In this document: piece by piece, positions 1 through 14,769 of the stretch
Position numbering within the stretch: position 1 is the stretch's first letter
Layout: each line of letters opens with the position of its first letter
DNA from: Neocallimastix sp. 'constans'
Taxonomy: Eukaryota
Direction of reading: 5' to 3'
Assembly (NCBI GenBank): GCA_050613775.1
Contig: JBODTK010000159.1
Location: forward strand, 186,001-250,000
DNA: 64,000 nucleotides
Translations under genes and position numbers: made by a program
The notes under the pieces: generated by a model
Seen by the model: the letters and a program-made list of their open reading frames with translations, nothing else
Told to the model about the DNA's origin: nothing
Database searches by the model: none

Positions 1-110
1 TTTATTTTTTTTTAATTTTTACTTATGTTTTTTAAAACTTTAATTTTATATAACTATTATTCATCAATCGATAATATATAAATATATATTATAATTTATT
101 AATATATTAG

Positions 111-1776
111 AGATTCTCATTAAATAAATTATTATTATCACTTAAAAGACATTTTAATACATCAAATAATCAAAATGATTTAAAGATGCAATTATTAGCT
201 AATCATAAAAATTCACCATATCCAAGTTTTTATGATTTAGATGATTTTCGAAAAGTTACCAATATTACTGAATTTACTTGCCCTTACTTCTTAAATATAT
301 TGAGATATCTTCCAATAAGAGATTGGTTTAAATTAAGATGTGTCTGTAAAAAATGGAATCATATTATGAAAAATCCATTATTTTGGATTGATGTTGATTT
401 TTCTTCTTTGTACAATCAGCTATCTCATAAAACAATATCTTATGCCCTTTTTGCTTGTAGTAATACCACTAGTTTAAATTTCAAAGGTTGTTGGAGATTA
501 ACAAATGAGGATATTTTAACCATAACTCAAATGTGTCCTCATTTAACCTCATTAAATCTTTCTAATTGTTGGTCTCTTAGTGATCAGGGTATATTATTTG
601 TTGCAATAAAATGTACCCGTTTAAAACACCTTAATATTTCCTATTGTAGTCAGGTTAAAGGAGTTTGTTTTGCAAACCATCAAATGAATAATTTAACTCA
701 TATTGATATATCCTATTGTAAACAAATCGGTAATGAGTGCCTAGAACAATTACTAGCAAAGGCTCCAGAATTACAAGATATTAAGTTTAGAAGATGTACT
801 AGGTAAAATATATTAAATTATATTATATTATATTATATAATTATCTATAATATATATATTTTCTTTTATATAGTTTTTATAAAAAAAAAAAAAAAATAAT
901 AGTAATAATAATATTAATACCGACAACAATGATATATTATTATTATTATTATTATTATTAAAGTGAAATAATAAGTATTAACTATATATATATAATAATT
1001 TATTTATAAATTATCTATAATTGATAATAAATTAAATATATAGAATTACTGATTTTGGTATATTTTTAGTAGCACGCCATTGTAGATATATTAAGAATAT
1101 TGAACTTTCAGATTGCGATCAAATTACTAATAAATGCCTAAAATGGCTTTCTAATAATAGTTCCAATTTAAAATGCTTAGATTTAACATTCTGTAAACAT
1201 ATTACGAACTCGGGAATTTATGATTTAAGCTTAGGTAGTCAAGAATTTGAATCATTAATTCTTTCTCATTGTACATGTTTATCAGATACTGCTATTCTTT
1301 GTCTTCATAAAAGTATTTGTAAGTTGAAGAAACTATCTATAAGAGGTTGCGCAAAAATGACAGATCGAGTAGCTTTTCATGTTGCTGACGCATGTCCTCA
1401 CTTAGAATGGATTGACCTAAGTGGTTGCCCAAGTATTACCATAGCTTCTAAAAATATATTATTACAAAAACTGCCAAAACTCATTATTATTATGGATAAT
1501 TATTCAAGTAAAGTTAAACCATCTATCAATGCAATGAATACAGATACTGATCCACAACAAGATCAAAAGAAACTTGCTCGTGAAGTATCAAAAGAAGAAT
1601 TCTATACCTTAATGCTAAGCAAAAAAATGGCAACTCATCTTATTAATTCCTTTTCAAATGATTCTATATCCAGTAAATTAAATGGTATATCAGATACACA
1701 ATCTGAAAATGAATTCAATAATAATAAATTATTCCCATTAAAAAACTCAAGGCCATCTGAATTATTTTATTCATAG
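111..1776 (+). CDS. F-box / leucine-rich-repeat (Cys-containing LRR, FBXL-like) protein; 3' part of a spliced gene starting upstream of the window
   Basis: F-box-like segment (ILRYLPIRDWFKLRCVCKKWNHI) followed by many LxxLxLxxCxxITD repeats. Acceptor AG at 109-110 with an open frame into ORF 186-806. GT intron 803 to ~1043 joins in frame (R-ITDFGIFLVARHC) to the exon ending at TAG 1776. Confidence 0.85.
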
Positions 1777-2438
1777 ATGATAATATATTATCACTATAAA
1801 TAAAATAAAATACAAATTTTAATATTTAATACTATACTAATATCTAAATTTTACTAATATAAATACTAAAAGATCTTGTACTAATAATGTTAGTAAATGT
1901 AAAACAAAATTAGACATACATATTGATAATAATTCATAATTATTTCTTTATCATATTTTATAATATCAATTTAACATAATTAAGAGAATTATGTTAAAAT
2001 ATATTTTATTTATTTTATAAAATATTTAATTCAAGTAATAAAAAATAAAAAATAAATAAATTAATAAATATATATAAAATATAAAAAATAAAATATAGAA
2101 AAAAAAATATAAAAAAAAAAAAATATAAAAAAAAAAAAATATAAAAAATAAAAATTATAAAAAATAAAAAATATAAAAAATATAAAATATAAAATATAAA
2201 ATAAAAAATAAAGAAAAAAAAATAAAAAATAAAAAATAAAAAATAAAAAATAAAAAATAAAAAATAAAAAATAAAAAATAAAGAATAAAGAATAAGAAAT
2301 AAAAAATAAAAAATAAAAAAAGATAAGTAAATATAAAAATATAGAGATAATATAAAGATAATAATAATAAAATAATAATGATAATAATAAAAAAAATATA
2401 TATATAGAAATTTTATAAGACATTATTAATTTTGTTTA

Positions 2439-2498
<60 letters not shown>

Positions 2499-2757
2499 AT
2501 TATTTATTTACTTAATTTTATATTTCATTTTTAGTAATTAATTATAAAAATTATTATTGTATTAATGTCGAATTTGATAATGATTAATTTTCATTGATAA
2601 ATAAATATAAATTATATATATATTTTAATTAAAATAGTACTTTCAATATTATTAGAAATTATTTATTGGAATAAAATAAATAAATAAAAAAGTAGATAAA
2701 TTCAGTATTTCTCTAATTCTATATATTATAATATCTTTTATTAAAGCTTTATATAAT

Positions 2758-4682
2758 TTAATCTTCATCCATATCAAAATGTAAAACGTCAGCATCAAGA
2801 TCTTTATCACCAGCTTTCCAACTTTCTTCAGGTTCTAATTCATCAAGAGTAGTAATAGATACAACACCTTTATGAATACTCTTTCTAGTTTCTATATATT
2901 TATACATAATATATTAATATGATTATGAATAATCTTTTATATTTCATTCAAAAAAAAAAATTTTTTTTATTAAATTTATTATAATATTACAAATTATAAT
3001 TATAAAAAAAAAAATTACTTGAATGAAGAATAACACTTCTGCAATTTCTTGTAAGACAATTTTTAGCTAAAGCTTGATTTAATCCAAATATTGAAGCTCT
3101 ATTTTGATTATAAATATAAATATATTAAATATATCATTAATAATTAAAATACATATAAATATATATTAAAATATGATATAAAAATATATATTTGTTTTTT
3201 AATTTTTTTTTTTTTTTTTTTTTTTTTTATTTTTTTTTATTTTTTTTTTACATTTTGAATTTTAACTTTTTTACTTATTCGTAATAAAAATATTTTTACT
3301 TTGAACTTACAAATTAATAATATCATATGGTCCTCTAATTTCAAGAGCCTTTTGCGCTTCACTCGATATTATTATATTTTTTCCTCTGGTTACTCTAACT
3401 AAATTTGCTGCATTAGATATAAGATGTTTTCTCGCTGAAACATCTTTGTTATTAAAATATTATATTATTTAACCAAAGTTTAAATTATGTAATAATAATA
3501 ATAAATAATATAAATAATATAATATAAATAGTATATATATTAATGTTAATATAATAATATAATAATTAATAATTAATAATTAATAATTATATATAATAAT
3601 AATAATAATAACAGTATTATTATTTAAAAAAAAAAAAATAAAAAAAAAAAAAAAAAATAAATTCCAAATAATATAATATGAATATTAACCTCTTAGTGAA
3701 GCACTATAATTTATTTCAAAATGTATACCACGTTCAATAGCTAAATTAATCATTGGCAATTTTAAATAAAATGGAAGTCTTGAAGAGAAATCTAATGAAA
3801 TTATATCAATATCTAATACAGAGCATGCCATTTGAAAAATTTTTTCATTTTGTGGTTGAACAGCAAGAATATCGTATGAATTAATTGTTTCATTATTTGA
3901 ATTCTTTTTAATTAAATGACATAAAAAATATAAATTTCATTAAATTGATTAATATGTAAATTTTTATGAAAAGATAAAATTTATGTTGTAACAATATATA
4001 TATATATATACAATTAGAACGTAAAAATAATAATAAAATGGAAATTTCTTTATTTAATATTTAGTTTTAATTAATTATTAATTCTACTAACTAATGCATA
4101 ATTTTGACTAGCATCACTAATTATTATAGTTATTCTTGTATATTGCTTTATATCCTTTTTATTATCTGAAGTATCAATTGGAATTTGCTGTATTGGATTT
4201 GACTATTATAAAAATTTATATTATAAATATAAATATATATATAAAAGAAAGTTGATTTAATAAATATTTATATATAATTTTATTTATTACTTTTTTTTTT
4301 TTAAAAAAAAAAAAAATAAATAATAATAATAATTTACAGCATTATTTGGTATCTTTCCAGTAATTGTATTATTAAATGCAACAGCTTCATAGCCGACTAA
4401 TAATAAAGATTAAAAAAAAAAAAAAAAAGGATATGTATATATATTTTATTTAATTTAATTTAATTAAAATTTATTTTCCAATAAAAATTTCAACTTTAAC
4501 TATGTAATAAAAAAAGAATATTTTCTTTATTATGTAAAATACTTTAATGATATTCTTTTTTTTCTTTATTAATATTTACACTTTTGAAGTATATTCAATA
4601 TTTTCTTAAGATTTATTAATGAATCCTCTGTTATTTTTCCATTGCCTTGAACAGGATAAGGAATATTAAAATCACAAAACAT
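2758..4682 (-). CDS. RPP1: RNase P/MRP protein subunit p30 (Rpp1/RPP30), multi-exon
   Basis: Manual translation of short minus-strand exons gives MFCDFNIPYP..., GYEAVAFNNTITG, QYTRITIIISD, SYDILAVQPQNEKIFQMACSVLDIDIISLDFSSRLPFYLKLPMINLAIERGIHFEINYSASL and NLVRVTRGKNIIISSEAQKALEIRGPYDIINL. These are diagnostic RPP30 (PHP-fold) motifs. ATG at 4682, TAA at 2758-2760. Confidence 0.9.
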
Positions 4683-4888
4683 TTTCTTAAATTATTATAA
4701 ATCAATATAAAATAAATATTTGAATATTGATAATTGTTAATTATTGAAATAAGAAAATATATATATATAAAAATATATATTATTTAAAAGAAATTTTTTT
4801 TCTACTTTGTTTGGTTTGATTGTGCGTTTATAATTTTAATTTTAATTTTATTTATAAATATTTTATTCCAATAGTCAATCTACAATTC

Positions 4889-4925
<37 letters not shown>

Positions 4926-6177
4926 TTTTATAAAATTTTATATTAAATTTTTAATTAATAAAAATTATATAATTTTTAAAAATAAAAAAAAATATTATAA
5001 TAAAAAAATAAAAAAAAAAAATCTTAATTGATCTTGTATAAATTAATTATTGATTGGGTAAAAATTTTATTTTATTATTTATATATATTTTTAATTAATA
5101 TTTAAAAAAAAATATATATCAATAATTATAAAACCAACAACAATATTAAAAACAAATAGTTGAATAATAAAAAATTTTATGTTGAGTATTTTTTTTTTTT
5201 TTTTTTTGAAGATGAAAAATTTTAACTATAAAAAAATAAATAAAATATTTTAAATATTATATATAAAATTGAAATATATAAATAAATAAAGATTTATAAT
5301 TTATAATTAAAAAATATTTTCTATATTTTTATGTTTGTAATAAGTATGTTATTGATATTAAAACTATGTTTTTGATGTTAAAATATCTTTGTAATCCATA
5401 TTAAAAAAAAGATTACAGCATATACTATTAATACCTAAAATATATCATTATTAATATATACCATTTAACTTTTCACCATTAAACATATCAATTTTTAAAA
5501 ATAATTACAAAAAAAAAAAAAGGAACGATTTTTTTTTTTAAATTAAAACAATATTTATTAATCAATATATATATATATATATATATTTTTTTTTTTTTAA
5601 TTTTATTACTTTTACTTTTATATTATATTATAATAGTTCGTTATTTATTTTAATTAAATTAATATTTAATTTATAAATAATTTTTTTTTTTAAAAAAATG
5701 AATATTTTAGATTTCAAGATATATGATATTATTAACTATATAGAAAATACATAATACTTAATTATATTGAATATAATTAAGAAAATATAATAAATAAACT
5801 TTAATAAATTTTATATATTTATATATTCATAAATTATATATAAAAAAAAAAAGAAAAAAAAAAAAAAGTTTATAATAATCATTTGAAATATAAAAGTATT
5901 ATAAAGAAAGAATTATGTATAAAGTAAATTAAAAAAATATTAAAAAAAAAAACAATAATATTATAATAAAAATAAAATAAAACAAAAAAAAAAAATAAAT
6001 GAAAAAATATATAAAATTATTTAAGAAAAAAAATTTTTTAAAATATAAAAATATAAATAATAAAAATAATATATATATATGTTTTATAATAATTTATATA
6101 TATATATTATATTTTTAAGGTTAAAAAAATAATAATAAAAAATTAAATATTAGGAATTATATTTATATCTAAGGTAT

Positions 6178-6938
6178 TTAATAATCATTATCTTCATCAT
6201 CATAATCATTATCAATTTCTACATCTTTATATTCATCATCATCTTCTTCAGAACGTTTTTGCTTTTTTCGTGAAGGTGGTTGTATAATATTATCAGTATT
6301 ATTATCAGAAATTGTATCTTCTTTTTCAGATTTATCTATTTTATTATTTATATTATCTTCAATTTTTTCTTTTTTTTCATTATTTTCATTAGGTTTATTT
6401 TCATTTGTTACAGATGAGGTATTTGCAGCATTATTATTTGAATTAATTGTTGTATTATTTTCTTCAGATGGAGGAGGACGCTAATAGGTATTAATGGAAC
6501 AAAAAAAAAAAAAAAAAGAATTATATTAAATAATATAAAAATTTTATTAATAATAACAATAATATACATATATAAATCTTTATATATAACAAATATTATA
6601 ATCATATATAGATTTTATAATTTTTAAAAATAAATTCTTATTTTTTATTTACCTTTAATGAATTAATATTATTTTCATTAGCTTTTTGTTGTTCCAAAAA
6701 TTTTCGTTCTTCTTCTCTATCTTCATCTGTAATTATTAATTTTTGATCTTTATATAACTCATCTAATTTAAGATCCATATCTTTTTCCATTTCTATTGAA
6801 TCATTATATACCCATGAATTTTCTTGATTATATTTTCTTGCGTTACTAAACATTAATCTGAAATCGTTAATAAAATCTTGAACTGTATCATAATATGTTG
6901 AATGAATTCTTGTCTATTTATATATTTAATATGTATAT

Positions 6939-6969
<31 letters not shown>

Positions 6970-7195
6970 TTAAAATCTTATTTATTATATAATAATAAAA
7001 ATATATATATATATATATATATATACTATAATAAATAGAGAAAATAATAACGTACATTAATAATATCAAGTGCAATTGGTTTTTCAATTAAAATATAATA
7101 ATCGGGATATTGTTTCTTTGAAGGAACTTCCAAGAATAATTCGCATCGACGACGACCACTATTTAATTATAAATTAAATACATAAATATAAATAA

Positions 7196-7236
<41 letters not shown>

Positions 7237-10200
7237 TTTTTATAAATTATTAAATTATTAAATATTTTTATAAATTAATAAATTATTAAATATAATGTGT
7301 TAATATATATGTATGTAAATGATAATTTTTATATAATTTAATAAGAGCTTATAATATATATAACGCTTACTCTTCATCTTTACTATTTTCAACTTGATTA
7401 TAACATGCTTCAAAGAGACGAGTCATTGCTAATCTTTCAGCTTTTCCTACTTTATCAGGCTTAGAACGATCAACTTCAGCATTCAAATCAGCCTTCTTTC
7501 TTTTTTTGAATGCATCTTCCATAAGATTAGCCTTACGTCTTCCTCGTCCACGTCTTGGTTTTTCAATAGGAGCTTCATTTGAAGATAAAGCATCACCAAC
7601 AAGACTTGATGTTGTAGATATAGTAGATCCTTTATCACTATCTGCTCTACTCAAAGATGATGCTTTTCTTCCACGACCTCTACTTGGTCTACCTCTTCTT
7701 CTATGTTTAACTTCTACAACTGGCTCAACTTCAGGTGTAGCTATTGACGGATTATCACTTTGATTTGTTTCTCCTTCAGATAAATCATTAGTGGTAGTAT
7801 CTGAATCATGATGCTGTTGCTGTTGTTGTTGAAGTTTTAATAATTTTTTAGCTTTTCTTTCAGCACGTTTCTTTCTTTGTTGTCTTTTACGTTCTATAAC
7901 CTCCTCCAAATCTTCATTTTCAAGTGCTTGTAGCCATTGTTCTTCATTAAGACCATCATCATAATGAACCTCTTTACGAACACGTTGACCACGACCATAA
8001 TCAACCTTTTCTTCCTTCTTTTGTATTTCTTCTTCATCCATAGTGTAAACCTTTGGCAATTCCCATTCTTGAATAAGACGATCAGGTAATGGACCTTCAT
8101 GTCCTTGTGATTTCCAATATTCAGTTTCACGTTGAATTCTTTCTTGATCCATTTTACGGAAAATTTCCATTTCTTCATCATTTCTATGAATAATATCATT
8201 TAAATCATCATCTGTCATATTTTCTTCATTTTGAACATCATTTGCTTCTCCAGAAGAAGATTCAATTAATTGACGAAGTAAAGCTTCACGTTCTTGGGCC
8301 GTACTTTTGTTATCAAATTTACCAGCTTGAATAACCTTACCATCAATATCTAACTTATATTGAGCTCTAGCTAAAATTTTTTCTTCAATAGAATCTGCTG
8401 TAATTAAACGTAAAATTCTAACTTCTTTAGTTTGACCAATACGGTGAGCACGATCTTGAGCTTGTAAATCTTGATGAGGATTCCAATCAGAATCGAAAAT
8501 AATTACAGTATCAGCTGATTGTAAATTTAAACCTAAACCACCAGCACGAGTACTAAGTAGGAAAATCATATATGGTGAATTCTCCGCATTAAATTTCTTT
8601 AAAAGATCTGAACGTTCTTCAGATTTTGTACTACCATCCAATCTAAGGTGACGGAAACCTCTATACATTAAGAAATCTTCCATAATATTCATGATAGCTG
8701 TCATTTGGAAGAAAATTAAAACACGATGATTAGTTTTAAGGAATTTTGGAAGAATTCTATCTAATAATTCAAATTTTCCAGAAGTACGATAAATTAATTC
8801 ATTTGTAAGTCCAGATGGATTAATACTATTTTCAACTTCTTCAAATACAAATGGATGATTTACAATTTTTCTAAGTTGCATAACAGTATTATTTAAACCC
8901 TTAATACCATGTTTACCATCACTTGTAAATAAAATACCTTTTTGTCTCATCTTTTCATATAAACGACGCTGTAGTGCTGACATACGACACTTAATAACTA
9001 ATTCAACCTTATCTGGAAGTTCATGTTCTACATCTTTCTTTAATCTACGTAATAAGAAAGGTCTTAACACTTTATGAAGTCTTCGAATAATAAGAAGTTG
9101 TTCTTCTTCATTTAATTGAATTTTTTCTTCACCTACTTGTGTAGCAAATGGAGAATTAAACCATTCATCAAAACTTTTAACAGAGTTGAAAATTTTTGGT
9201 AATAAGAAATTCAAAAGCGCCCAAAGTTCTGGTAAATTATTCTAAAATATGAAAATTTATTAAAATTTTATTTTTAAATAATTAATTTAAATTTAAATTT
9301 AAATTTAAATAAATAAATTAATATATAAACATAGGTATAAAATAAAATAAAATAAAATAATATATATATATATATATATATCATATTATTTATAATTATA
9401 ATGATGATGATTATTATTTTAAATTACAATAGAAAAAATAAAATAAAATAAAATAAAGAGTTGAAATATAAATATAAGTACAGATTGAATAAAATAAAAA
9501 TATAATAAAATATAGATATATATATATAATATAAAAATAATAATGAAAAAGGATGATATAGAATGATAAAAAGAAGAAGAAGAAGAAGAAGAAGGAAAAG
9601 AAAAATAAGAAAATTTTTAAAACTTAAAATTTACCTGTAATGGTGTACCAGTTAAAATTAAACGATAACGACATTGATAATATTGCGTTAATACTACAGT
9701 AAGTTTTGATTGAGCATTCTTTAAACGATGACCTTCATCAATAATAATATGAATCCATTTAATTTTTGAAAGAACGGGTCTATCTTTAATAATGTATTCA
9801 TAAGTTGTTAAAACAACATTAAAATTGCCATGTCTAATTTCAGAGTATTGAATGGCTTTTCTAACAGAAGGTGCACCCTTATAGACAACCTTAACAATAG
9901 AAGGTGCCCATTTATCAAATTCAAGAGACCAATTTGTTAAAGTTGATAATGGAACAATAATAAGGAATGGTCCGTTTTGATGCTTTTTTTCAATTAAATA
10001 ACTAATAAGTGATATGGTTTGGATAGTTTTACCAAGACCCATTTCATCGGCTAAAATACCATTCAATCTATTATTATATAATGAAACCATCCATTGAAGA
10101 CCCTTTAATTGATATTCCTTTAATGTACCACCTGTTAAGATGGAAGGTTGTTCAGTAATAATTTCCTTCACTCTATGTGAAATATTATAATAATCTGCCT

Positions 10201-11968
10201 TTTTATCATCATCCAAACCAAAGGTATCTTCAGGTAATGGTGGTTGATCTTGTCCAATTTCTTCTTGTTGAGTAACAACAGCTTTGGTTAAGTTTTCTAA
10301 ATATTCATTAGTTTGTTGAAGAAGATAAGTAATACGAGTATCCTTGGTTTGATCAATTAACTTCAAATAAGCTTCTTCATCATCTTCCTTCAAAGCTCTC
10401 AATCTTTCCTGTGAAAGTTTAGCTAAACGTTGAGCTTCTTCATTTTCAATCTTCTTGTGGAAACGTTGAACACCTAAACCTAATTTATTAGCTTTAGATT
10501 GTTGTTTATCATGGAATGATCTCAATTCACGACCATGAGTAATAATACTATTCAAATAGTCAGCAAAGTTTTGTCTTTCTCTCTTTTCTCTATCAATTCT
10601 TTGTTGTCTTTCTAATTTTTCCGTAATTCTAGCTTCCTTAAGAGATTGTTTCTTCATACGACGATAGGACGCTCTATCTGTGTTATTGAGGAAGGTTGTT
10701 GCCTTTATCATACCTCTTAATACTTCAGAACGTAATTTTTTTTGTTTACTTAAAAGTTTTAATGCTTTTAATTCAATAATAGCTTTTAATTTTCTATTAT
10801 TATTATTATTGTTGTTGTTGCTATTGTTGATATTATTAGAATTATTGTTTAATGTATTTATAGGTAATTTGTTATCTATTGATTGATTAACAATACCATT
10901 AATTGTACTTAAACTTTGGTTAGAAATATTACTAGGTAGTGATTCCAATTCATTAATTCTATATTGAATTCTTGAATTAATTTTTCTTTCACGTTCTTTA
11001 ATCATTGAATATATATCAACACCAACAGGCATGATACTTGGTATTAAAATTCTATGTTGACGACTACAATAATCACTATATTTTATTTTACTTTTCATTA
11101 AATCATGTGGGTTTTTATATGGAATTTTATTACTTTCATTCTTTAAGTTTTCTTGATTTTTGTTATAAATTTCGTTTGAGGAATTAACCGTTTTAGAATT
11201 GATAACATTTCCCTTTAATTGGGCTTCAGAATTCTTAACCTGATCATAATTACTAGTTCTATTTTGTCCATCAAATACAATCCTTTGTAAATTTTCAGGA
11301 ACTGGTTTTCCTTCAGACATCAACTTATAAGCATATACTTGATATTTTATTTGTTGAGCTTGTTGAGGGGAAATATTTTCATTTATATTAGCTTTTCCAT
11401 CTAATTGATTATATTGTAATTTATCTTGTTGTTCCTTAAGCTGAACTGTTGTTTGTAATTGTGGTTGATTTTGTAATTGTTGTAATGATGGCTGCGGTTG
11501 AGATTGTCCTGGTGTTGGAACTTGTGCTGGAATATTATTTGGTTTTTCATTGGGTTGATTTAATGATGGTGTTGTACTATTTGCAATAGGCTTTTGTGCT
11601 GTTAGTGGAACTTGTCCTGGTTGTTTTTGATTTTGATTATTCATCTGTGACATTTTTGAATATCCACGTAAAATTTGACAAATTTTTATATATTCAGGAT
11701 CATTGGTTTCTCCTTTAGCACTTAAATTTTGAGCAGTCTTTTATTATTAATATAATTATTGTTGTTTATGTTATTATTGAAGTTTTTATGGGTATATTTT
11801 TTTTTTTTTTTTTTGATATTTAATTTTTTTAATATTGATATAAAAAATAGTTTGAATATAAACATTAATAAAAGAATAATAAAAATACATAAATAATTTT
11901 TTATAATTTTAATTTAAAAAAATAAAAAATAAAAAAATTAAATTATAATATATTATTTAATATTTAAA

Positions 11969-12001
<33 letters not shown>

Positions 12002-12525
12002 TTATAATTTATAATTACAGTGATTAATTGTTTTATTTGTTCCGGTGTATATTGAGGTATTGATTGATTTTGAATAGTATCGTTTGAAACAATGGGTGAA
12101 GTTTCTGTCGATACTTGATTATATGGCATATTTTGATTTTTTACTTGAGGAGATGAAATATTATTAACATTTGTTTGTAAAGGACGTTGATTAAGAATTG
12201 GTTGATTGGAATTATTCATAACTTTTGATTGAAATTGTTGCTGCATGGGTTGTTGTGGTATATTTGAAGAATAACGTAAATTATTCATCGGCATTCCTAA
12301 TACAGGATTAACACCCATGTTTTGTATATTTGATTGTAAAGGTTGCATATTTTGCATAAATTGTTGTTGCAATAAATTATTTACGCTAGGTAAACCAGAA
12401 TTCCCAAAGTTTTGACCATTTTGATTTTGCATACCTTGGAAATTTTGTTGTGGAAGTTGTTGCATAGATTGCTTATGCTGATATAACTGTTGTATATGCT
12501 GTGGTTGTTGATTTGAATTATACAT
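6178..12525 (-). CDS. SNF2: SWI/SNF or RSC chromatin-remodeling ATPase (Snf2/Sth1/Snf21 family), ~6 exons
   Basis: Q-rich N-terminus, QLQ ([13 protein letters not shown]), HSA domain, ATPase motifs ([26 protein letters not shown]), helicase-C ([24 protein letters not shown]), AT-hook-like [10 protein letters not shown] and a bromodomain split over small exons ([16 protein letters not shown]...MFSNARKYN). SNF2 versus STH1 orthology cannot be resolved by eye. Confidence 0.93.
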
Positions 12526-13320
12526 TTTTATTTCTATCAAACATATACAAAAATTATTAAAAAAAAAGATTTTATACTAAAATTTAAAATAAAAATATAT
12601 ATTATCTATCTTCTTAAATTTAAATTATATATTATATAGGATAATATAGTATATATATAATATAATATAATAAAAGATATATTAATTAGAATCAACAATT
12701 TTAAAAGAATATCAAAAAATAAAAATTATTAGTTTTCATAAAATATTTATAAAATTTTGAATACTTCATAAAAAAACAATAAAATAAAATGAGTATAAAA
12801 TATTATATTTAATATTATATTTGTTAATATATATATGATCAATCTTTTAGATAATGATGATATATATTCAAATTTTCTTTTGTATTTCCTGTCATAATTG
12901 TTTTACTGTTTATGTGATTACTTTTCATCAATATTATTTATAATACTTTTTCTTTTTATTTCCTTCTAATTTTGATTTATTCTTAGAAGCATCTTATATT
13001 TAAATAAATTTCTTTTTAATTATATATTTTTTTTTTAACATTTAGTTTATTTAATAATTAAGATAAAGTCTTAAAATAAAATTTAAATTTCGATATTAAT
13101 TTACTTTTAATATAAACTATTTCTTCCTTTTCAACAACAATTTATTTTAACAAATAGATTATTGATTTGAATATATAATTTAAAAATCATTTCCAATTAA
13201 ATTTTGATAAGCTTTAAATTAATAATTTCAAATTTACATCAAAATGTATTAAAGAACTTTTAGAAGTTTAAATTTATTCTCTTCTTTTTTGTTCTTCATT
13301 TTCTTTTCTTAATTTGGTTT

Positions 13321-13359
<39 letters not shown>

Positions 13360-13599
13360 TTTTATTAAATATAATTAATATATATATTAAAGCATTTCTT
13401 TTAAAAAAAAAAGAATTTTTCTTATTAATAATTATATATACATTATTTCAGATAAAGAGAAATGTGACTGATATTATGATTATTTCATTTAAAATCCAAA
13501 ATTTTGATTAAAATTATAAATTTCAAATTGATTTTTAATAATTATTTAATATATCATCAAAATCCCAATTATTATTATAATTTTATTTCTATAATCTTA

Positions 13600-13633
<34 letters not shown>

Positions 13634-14621
13634 GAATACATACATAATAAGAATAGTGAATAAAAAAAAACTTTATATTAAATTACTTTATTTTCTAAAA
13701 GCCAAATATATATTAAAGTCTTTTTATGTATTTTATTAATAATTAATATAAAAAAATATATATATATATATTTAAAAAATTATTTAAAATAAAATAAAAT
13801 AAGATAAAATAATTTGAAATAATAAAAATAAAAAAAAAAATTTTTTTAATAATATTTAATAATAAAAATTATTATTTATTAACAATAATAATTAATATAT
13901 AAATGAATATAATTTTTTTTTTTTTAAATAATATAAAATGAATTAGATAAATAATTATTTATACAATGATTTATATATATATATATTATATAAAACTTTA
14001 ATATTCAGTAAAAAAATTATTAATAATATATTTGATATATATTAATTATATATATATTTATCATAATTTTTAAATTAAAGGTAGATAATTCATTATTATA
14101 ATAAATAAATAAAAATTATAATGGGACAACAAAAAACTATCTTAATGTATTAAATAATATAATGTATTATATATTAAAAAATTTATTTATTTATTTATTT
14201 ATTTATAATTTATTTGTTTATTTATTTAATTTTTTATTTATTTATAATTTATTTGTTTATTTATTTATTTATTTATTTATAATTTATTTATTTATTTATT
14301 TATTTATTTAGTTAGTTAGTTATTTAATCTTTTTTTTATCTTTTAACCCTAAATAAATCTTCAAATAAATAATTTAATATAAATTAATGATTTTAATATT
14401 ATTAATGAAATATTCAAAAAAAAAAAAAAAAGTTTTTACTCTTATAGTGAAATCATACATCCTTTTAAATCTTTATATAATTAAAATATATATAAATATA
14501 TAAAGAAAATAGTAATAATTATAAATATTATTGGAATAAAAAAAAAACTTGATTTAAATAACTCCAAAATTATGACGTCTTAGTATATATATAGGAATAT
14601 AAGTATTAATCACATTTTATT

Positions 14622-14661
<40 letters not shown>

Positions 14662-14769
14662 TATATCCTTTATTATTTTAATCAAAGATATTAAAAAAAG
14701 AAAGTTTTGTTAATATAATTTATTGAATTATATTATTTTCTCTTTTATTTGTTTCAAATAAAATATTAA

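Noticed and set aside
2061..2423. Hydrophobic F/I/Y/L-rich ORFs (also 13314, 16809, 42499, 43360-43946, 44026, 50751-51201)
   Set aside because: They are translations of A/T low-complexity tracts and satellites.
7506..10886. Short ORFs overlapping SNF2 (7506-7763, 7894-8199, 10680-10886) and similar shadows over gag/pol, the 739-aa ORF and the Copia element
   Set aside because: Antisense or alternate-frame shadows of real coding sequence.
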